Shown in pieces: positions 59,322 through 64,000 of a stretch of DNA of 64,000 nucleotides. Source of the stretch: an uncultured Candidatus Poseidoniales archaeon (GTDB lineage: Archaea; Thermoplasmatota; Poseidoniia; Poseidoniales; Poseidoniaceae); the NCBI GenBank assembly GCA_905182125.1, contig CAJJAV010000010.1:68-64067 (forward strand), given 5' to 3'. Position 1 is the stretch's first letter, and every line of letters starts with the position of its first letter. The position numbers were made by a program, and so were the translations under genes. The notes below the pieces were generated by a model, which was not told where the DNA came from, did not search any database, and saw only the letters and a program-made list of their open reading frames with translations.

Positions 59322-59909
59322 TCAAGAAAGCAGAACCGATTCAAGGCCCCTGAGGAGAATCAGATCGGCTGGAGTGTCGATGTTCAGACCAATGTGAGGA
59401 GCGGCTGCCTCAACCAACTCTGGTTTGAAAAGGTCCCGAAGTGGTGTTTCAGCGGGTGCTGAAAGAACGGCCGCAATGTCTGGGTCGTGAAGGAGAAGAG
59501 GATGGCCTGCACGGCCTTGGAAGGCCAAAGTCGAGGTCGCGCTTTGTTGCATCAAGGAACGAACGTGCTCTGTGGTCCAGCCTGGACGGTCGACGGGTGC
59601 AATGAGAACGCGTCGAGGCGTTCGCCCTTTGTCACCCATCAAAGAAAGCAAACCGCATTGTACTGTCCCAGTACGGCCCTTTTCTGGTTCTTTGTTGACG
59701 ACGACCGTTGCGTTCAATGCTTCCTTCATCACTTCAAAGTGCAATGACTGCCGTGTCACCACAACCACTGGAGCACAACCTGCGTCGAGTAAACGCTGTA
59801 CGGCAAGCCCCACGAGTGTGGTCGAACCGACTTCAACCAACGCCTTTGGCTGACCCAAGCGCTTGCTTGCGCCTGCAGCAAGGACAAGAGCGGGGCATCC
59901 TCGGACCAT
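59322..59909 (-). CDS. mocA: Molybdenum cofactor cytidylyltransferase-like (MocA/MobA NTP transferase)
   Basis: LVLAAGASKRLGQPKAL, PVDRP, GHPLL, NIDTPADL; adjacent to xdhC. Confidence 0.78.
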   Translation of the reverse strand: MVRGCPALVLAAGASKRLGQPKALVEVGSTTLVGLAVQRLLDAGCAPVVVVTRQSLHFEVMKEALNATVVVNKEPEKGRTGTVQCGLLSLMGDKGRTPRRVLIAPVDRPGWTTEHVRSLMQQSATSTLAFQGRAGHPLLLHDPDIAAVLSAPAETPLRDLFKPELVEAAAPHIGLNIDTPADLILLRGLESVLLS

Positions 59910-59980
59910 GGTCGTGGCTTGGTCAGATGTTTGATTGCCTTTTCCTTTTTGTTGATATAGACTGAAGCGGTTTGACGCCC

Positions 59981-60742
59981 ATGATGGCGAGCGGAAACCC
60001 ATTCACAGAACCTGAACTGCGATCGCTTGAATTGTTACAGAGCATCGCTGAAGCAAATCCATGGCTTGAGTTTATTGAGCAAACTGAAGAACGAATAGAG
60101 ATTCATGTTCGAGGACAATCGCGTCGATGGTATGTGATTGAAGCAAAGCGGGCCATGATTCAGCACTTCCTCAACCACAACATCGTGCACAACACGTGGA
60201 GCCTCGAAATACAAGGTGGTGCGAGGAAAAGGGACATCATACATCGCAACCAGTACTGTGCCAATTTGTGCCTCAATCTTCGTCAGTCAGCAGATCTGCC
60301 AGTGGGGGATAAAATCGCAGCACTGTGCCTCTCACTGCACAACGATGTGACCACTGCCATGAACATTCATCTGTTGGCACAATTCCTCGTTTGTCCGCGT
60401 AATGATTTAGCAAAAGTAATGATTTTCCAAGATGAAATGGTTGTGCTGCACAGCATGTTCGCAGGAAGAGATGATCAAGATCTAAACCCTCCAGCTATGT
60501 TTGATATTGCAGACGAACAATTCAATTGGGACGATCAAATTGACGGAATGGAACGTGGCGAAGAGGTTCCTGATGAACCGGTCGAACATGAGCACCCAAG
60601 GGGCACTGAAGAAACCCCTCCCGAAAATGATCCACCTGTGATGAGTGAGGAAGAGATTGAAGAACAGCGATTATGGAGCGTCTATGAACAACATATGGAA
60701 GACATCGCTCGTCAAGAAGAATGGGACAACAGAGAGCCCTAA
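59981..60742 (+). CDS. Hypothetical protein with acidic C-terminus
   Basis: Open frame of ~253 aa between recognised genes; TTGATATA at -29..-22. Confidence 0.65.
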   Translation: MMASGNPFTEPELRSLELLQSIAEANPWLEFIEQTEERIEIHVRGQSRRWYVIEAKRAMIQHFLNHNIVHNTWSLEIQGGARKRDIIHRNQYCANLCLNLRQSADLPVGDKIAALCLSLHNDVTTAMNIHLLAQFLVCPRNDLAKVMIFQDEMVVLHSMFAGRDDQDLNPPAMFDIADEQFNWDDQIDGMERGEEVPDEPVEHEHPRGTEETPPENDPPVMSEEEIEEQRLWSVYEQHMEDIARQEEWDNREP

Positions 60743-60756
60743 CATCCAAGCCTTGC

Positions 60757-61905
60757 TCAGATATCTTTGGTGATTTCTCGACCAATGATCATGCGTTGAA
60801 CTTGCGAGGAACCCTCGTAAATTTGCATCACCTTAGCAGCACGCATCAACTGGGCTACAGGGTATTCTTCTGAGTAACCATAGCCGCCATACACTTGCAC
60901 GGCATCGGTTGAAACTTCCATAGCAGTGTCCGCTGCAAATCGCTTTGCATGAGCGGCCGATTCGGTATTACGGATGCCAGCATCTGATTCAGAAGCGGAT
61001 TTCCAAGTGAGCATGCGTGATGCTTCGATTTTAGTTTTCATGTCTGCAAGCATAAATTGAATGGCTTGGTGTTGATGTAATTTCTTTCCAAACGTCATTC
61101 GTTCGCCTGAGTATCGCAATGCGTGCTCATAGGCGGCTCGAGCCAAGCCAGTAGCGTGCGCTGCAATGTTTGGCCGGGACATGTCGAAGGCCTTCATGGC
61201 GTTCATCCAGCCACCTGATTCAGAACCGCCGATCAAATGCGATGCTGGGACTCGAACATCATCGAAGGTGATGGAACGGGTGTCCGAGCATCGTTGACCC
61301 ATGTTGATCTCCTTCTTGCCAAGGCTAAAGCCGACAGCGTCTTTCTCGACAATGAATCCCGACATACCGCGATACCCTGCATCCATGTCGGTCTTTGCAA
61401 GCACGAAGAAAAAGTCTGCGTGCCCTGCTCCTGTGATCCACATTTTGGAACCATTGATGATGTAGTCATCACCGTCAGATACAGCGCTTGTTTTGCAAGC
61501 TGCGACATCAGAACCTGCACCCGGTTCAGTCACGGCATACGAAGCGAGGGCTCCATCTTCAGCGACCTTTCGAAGCCAGATTTCTTTCTGGTCATCTGTC
61601 GCTCCGGTGATGATTGGTGCGCATGCAAGAGCGGTGGCATAGGCAGCCGTAGCAAAACCAGGGTCGCCCCAAGCCAGTTCTTCATTGACAAGAACCTCTT
61701 CCATCGAGCCAAGACCTGGGCCTCCGTAGGTTTCTGGAATGTGGAGGTTCAAAAGACCCATTTCGTGGGCTGCAAGGATGGTTTCCTTGGGGTAGGTCGA
61801 CGTTGCATCCCAATGTTCTGCTTTGGGTCTGATTTCATCGACGGCGAATTCATGGGCCAGTTCTTTCAACATCTCTTGCATTTCATCAAGTTGGAAGTTG
61901 ACCAT
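60757..61905 (-). CDS. Acyl-CoA dehydrogenase
   Basis: AVTEPGAGSD, INGSKMWIT, MGQRCSDT, YSGERMTFGK, VQVYGGYGY, QIYEGSSQVQR. Confidence 0.95.
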   Translation of the reverse strand: MVNFQLDEMQEMLKELAHEFAVDEIRPKAEHWDATSTYPKETILAAHEMGLLNLHIPETYGGPGLGSMEEVLVNEELAWGDPGFATAAYATALACAPIITGATDDQKEIWLRKVAEDGALASYAVTEPGAGSDVAACKTSAVSDGDDYIINGSKMWITGAGHADFFFVLAKTDMDAGYRGMSGFIVEKDAVGFSLGKKEINMGQRCSDTRSITFDDVRVPASHLIGGSESGGWMNAMKAFDMSRPNIAAHATGLARAAYEHALRYSGERMTFGKKLHQHQAIQFMLADMKTKIEASRMLTWKSASESDAGIRNTESAAHAKRFAADTAMEVSTDAVQVYGGYGYSEEYPVAQLMRAAKVMQIYEGSSQVQRMIIGREITKDI

Positions 61906-61943
61906 ACCAACGGGAGGAGGCCGCCCTTTATGTCTCCATTGAT

Positions 61944-63074
61944 TCAACCAATGGTAAACAACGCTCGACGATGCGCTTCGAGGGTGAGGAGGAACAAACA
62001 ATAGATGGCAATCATGACCCATCCTTCCCATTTCTTGAACTCATAGGAGGTTCGCATCATCAGCAAGGCAGAGAAGCAGCCAATGATGGTGAATGGTATG
62101 ATGATGTAAACGATCAAATCGTAACCTGCTGGAGTGATTGCAAGCGGTGCAATCAATCCTGCGATTCCAATGGAGAGCAGGGGGTCGGTGATGTTTGAAC
62201 CAATCAAGGTCCCAATCGCAACACCTTGGCTTCGTTTTGCAGCCATAAGAGCGATGGTCAGTTCGGGCAATGAGGTACCAATTCCGAGTAAAATTGTGCT
62301 GATGATGGCATCAGGCACTTCAAGTTCAGTTGCAATTGATTCAACGTTTTGAATCAACTGATCTGCTGCATAGACTGCAAATGTAAGACCGGCAACCACC
62401 ATGATGAAGTAAGCCGCAGTGCTCCATGACGTGCCGTGAACTTCAGTTGGTTCCATACCTTGCATTTCTTCTTTTTGAATTTCCTTTCGGTTGGTTAGCA
62501 GCCAAGTGATGTACACCACATACAGGGACACTAAAATTCCGGCTTCCCATTGCTGGAGTGTTCCCTCCGTGATCAGGAAGAGACTGAGAATAAGAACGGA
62601 AAGAAGCATGATCTGCCCGTCCCGCTTCAACCAAGACTCCCTAATTTTCAAGCCCTTATTGACCACGACAATGCCCATGATGAGCGTGATCTGGACCAAT
62701 ACAGAACCGAGGATGTTGCCGATGGCTGTGTCAGCAAAACCCGGTGTCGTTGCTATCTTTGTTGCTGATGAGGCAGAGATGAGAATCTCAGGTAACGAAG
62801 TTCCAATCGAGACGATCGTGAGTCCGATGACAACCTCGGGCAAACCCACCCTGCGTGCAAGCCCTTTTGCCCCTTCAATAAAGAAGTCAGCTGAGAAAAT
62901 CAGAAGGAAAAGGGCAAGAAGGACAATGACGACCATGACTGCGATGTTGTTCACGCTTACTTCAGTTGAAATCAGTTTGACCGCCATGAGTCCAAGAAAG
63001 AGCGCCCCTGTGGTGATGACGGTCTGGAAATGGACAAGTTGTGGAATCCCCATCACTTTCTCATTGGACTCCAT
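61944..63074 (-). CDS. Calcium/sodium antiporter (CaCA, YrbG/NCX_Mj family)
   Basis: Two alpha repeats GTSLPE...GNILGS and GTSLPE...GTLIGSN. Confidence 0.92.
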   Translation of the reverse strand: MESNEKVMGIPQLVHFQTVITTGALFLGLMAVKLISTEVSVNNIAVMVVIVLLALFLLIFSADFFIEGAKGLARRVGLPEVVIGLTIVSIGTSLPEILISASSATKIATTPGFADTAIGNILGSVLVQITLIMGIVVVNKGLKIRESWLKRDGQIMLLSVLILSLFLITEGTLQQWEAGILVSLYVVYITWLLTNRKEIQKEEMQGMEPTEVHGTSWSTAAYFIMVVAGLTFAVYAADQLIQNVESIATELEVPDAIISTILLGIGTSLPELTIALMAAKRSQGVAIGTLIGSNITDPLLSIGIAGLIAPLAITPAGYDLIVYIIIPFTIIGCFSALLMMRTSYEFKKWEGWVMIAIYCLFLLTLEAHRRALFTIG

Positions 63075-63174
63075 GCGCCTGCGTACGCAACCACCTTCTT
63101 CACCATTATGTTGAACGGGGGGTGCAAAAGGTCGATTGAAAAGACACATAATCTGTGGTCACCGCCCCCCGATT

Positions 63175-63798
63175 ATGTTGCGCCGTCTCCTTGCCGAGTT
63201 CATCGGCACATGGTTCATGGTTGGCGTGGGCTGTGGAAGCATTGCCATTGGAGCACCTGGATGGGTAATCTCGTGTGCATTTGGGGCCGCTGTCACACTT
63301 GCAATCTTAGTGTTTCAACCGATCAGCGGTGCCCACATCAATCCAGCCGTGAGCATTGCCTTTGCTCGAAGCGGGCACCTCGAAAAGCAAGCTCTTCTGC
63401 CTTACATCGCCGCTCAACTTGCCGGAGCCTTCGCTGCAGCATGGATGCTCAAAGGAGTCGGACCAACTGAACTTGCACCTGACGTAAGTCGTGCAATGGG
63501 GGCCGGCATTGAGGTGTTCATTACCTTCGCACTCATGGCTTCCATCTATTGGATTGTGGTGAAATCCGAAACGCATGTTTCGATTGCTTTTTTTGTCGGT
63601 GCCACCGTTGCTTTGTTGGCCTACCTGTTTGGACCATTGACCGGAGCCTCGATGAATCCTGCTCGAACCTTTGGACCAAACATGGTCCAGGGGCTCTATT
63701 CCAGCCTCCCCTTCTATTGGGTCACAACCATCATTGGTGCCCTGATTGCAGCCGAAATTTTTGTTCGACTTCAAGCATCGACAAAGCCTCAAGACTGA
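63175..63798 (+). CDS. Aquaporin (MIP family)
   Basis: SGAHINPAVS and GASMNPARTFGP (two NPA boxes). Confidence 0.95.
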   Translation: MLRRLLAEFIGTWFMVGVGCGSIAIGAPGWVISCAFGAAVTLAILVFQPISGAHINPAVSIAFARSGHLEKQALLPYIAAQLAGAFAAAWMLKGVGPTELAPDVSRAMGAGIEVFITFALMASIYWIVVKSETHVSIAFFVGATVALLAYLFGPLTGASMNPARTFGPNMVQGLYSSLPFYWVTTIIGALIAAEIFVRLQASTKPQD

Positions 63799-64000
63799 GC
63801 CGTAAACCGGACGACTTCAATGACGTGATCCGTCGAGGGCACGGTGAAGTCTTCCAGTGGAGGTGAGAATGGAACCGGTGTGTCAAGTGCGCCGATCACA
63901 ACTGGTGCAGCCTCGAGTGCATAGAAGCAAGATTCCAAAATTCGGCTCTGAACTGTGTGACCTAAACCGCCGCACCATTGCCCTTCTTGCAAAATTACAA
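63789..64000 (-). CDS. 2-oxoacid dehydrogenase E1 beta subunit, C-terminal part (runs off window edge)
   Basis: VILQE..WCGGLG..V..RI.E..F..LEAAP...GALDTPVPFSPPLE....P pattern. Confidence 0.8.
   Translation of the reverse strand, partial: VILQEGQWCGGLGHTVQSRILESCFYALEAAPVVIGALDTPVPFSPPLEDFTVPSTDHVIEVVRFTAQS

Overview
A gene-dense archaeal chromosome segment of roughly 50% GC (by eye). Gene content and style point to Marine Group II Euryarchaeota (Ca. Poseidoniales); this is inferred, not database-verified. It contains: (1) most of the A/V-type ATP synthase operon (atpH-I-K-E-C-F-A-B, cut off at the left edge), in which subunit I carries an inserted canonical EF-hand pair; (2) a UbiE-like methyltransferase, three KaiC/RecA-fold genes and a pilin-like lamin-tail protein; (3) tRNA-Ser(GCT), heme O and heme A synthases, rpoK, tryptophan 2,3-dioxygenase and purP; (4) an accessory surface-protein region with a ~1850-aa protein of 21 RCC1 repeats plus 15 Cys-rich repeats, a YfaP-like protein and an ABC exporter; (5) the archaeal shikimate cluster (aroA', aroB', aroK, aroC) with aspartate kinase; (6) a DUF4350/MoxR/DUF58 operon; (7) a 4-hydroxybenzoyl-CoA reductase-like (hcrCAB) molybdoenzyme operon, with XdhC and MocA-like maturation genes nearby; (8) a PlsC-like acyltransferase, two subtilases, a giant polytopic membrane protein, a bacterial-type oligoribonuclease, an acyl-CoA dehydrogenase, a Ca/Na antiporter, an aquaporin and a partial 2-oxoacid dehydrogenase E1 beta. 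atpA and purP are frameshifted, most likely by sequence errors. No CRISPR array, rRNA, integrase or transposase was seen. Best candidates for new biology: the EF-hand-containing ATP synthase subunit I, the hcrCAB-like enzyme, the RCC1/Cys-rich adhesin and the KaiC-pilin module. Many genes appear leaderless with a non-canonical TTGAA-type TATA element about 28 nt upstream of the ATG.
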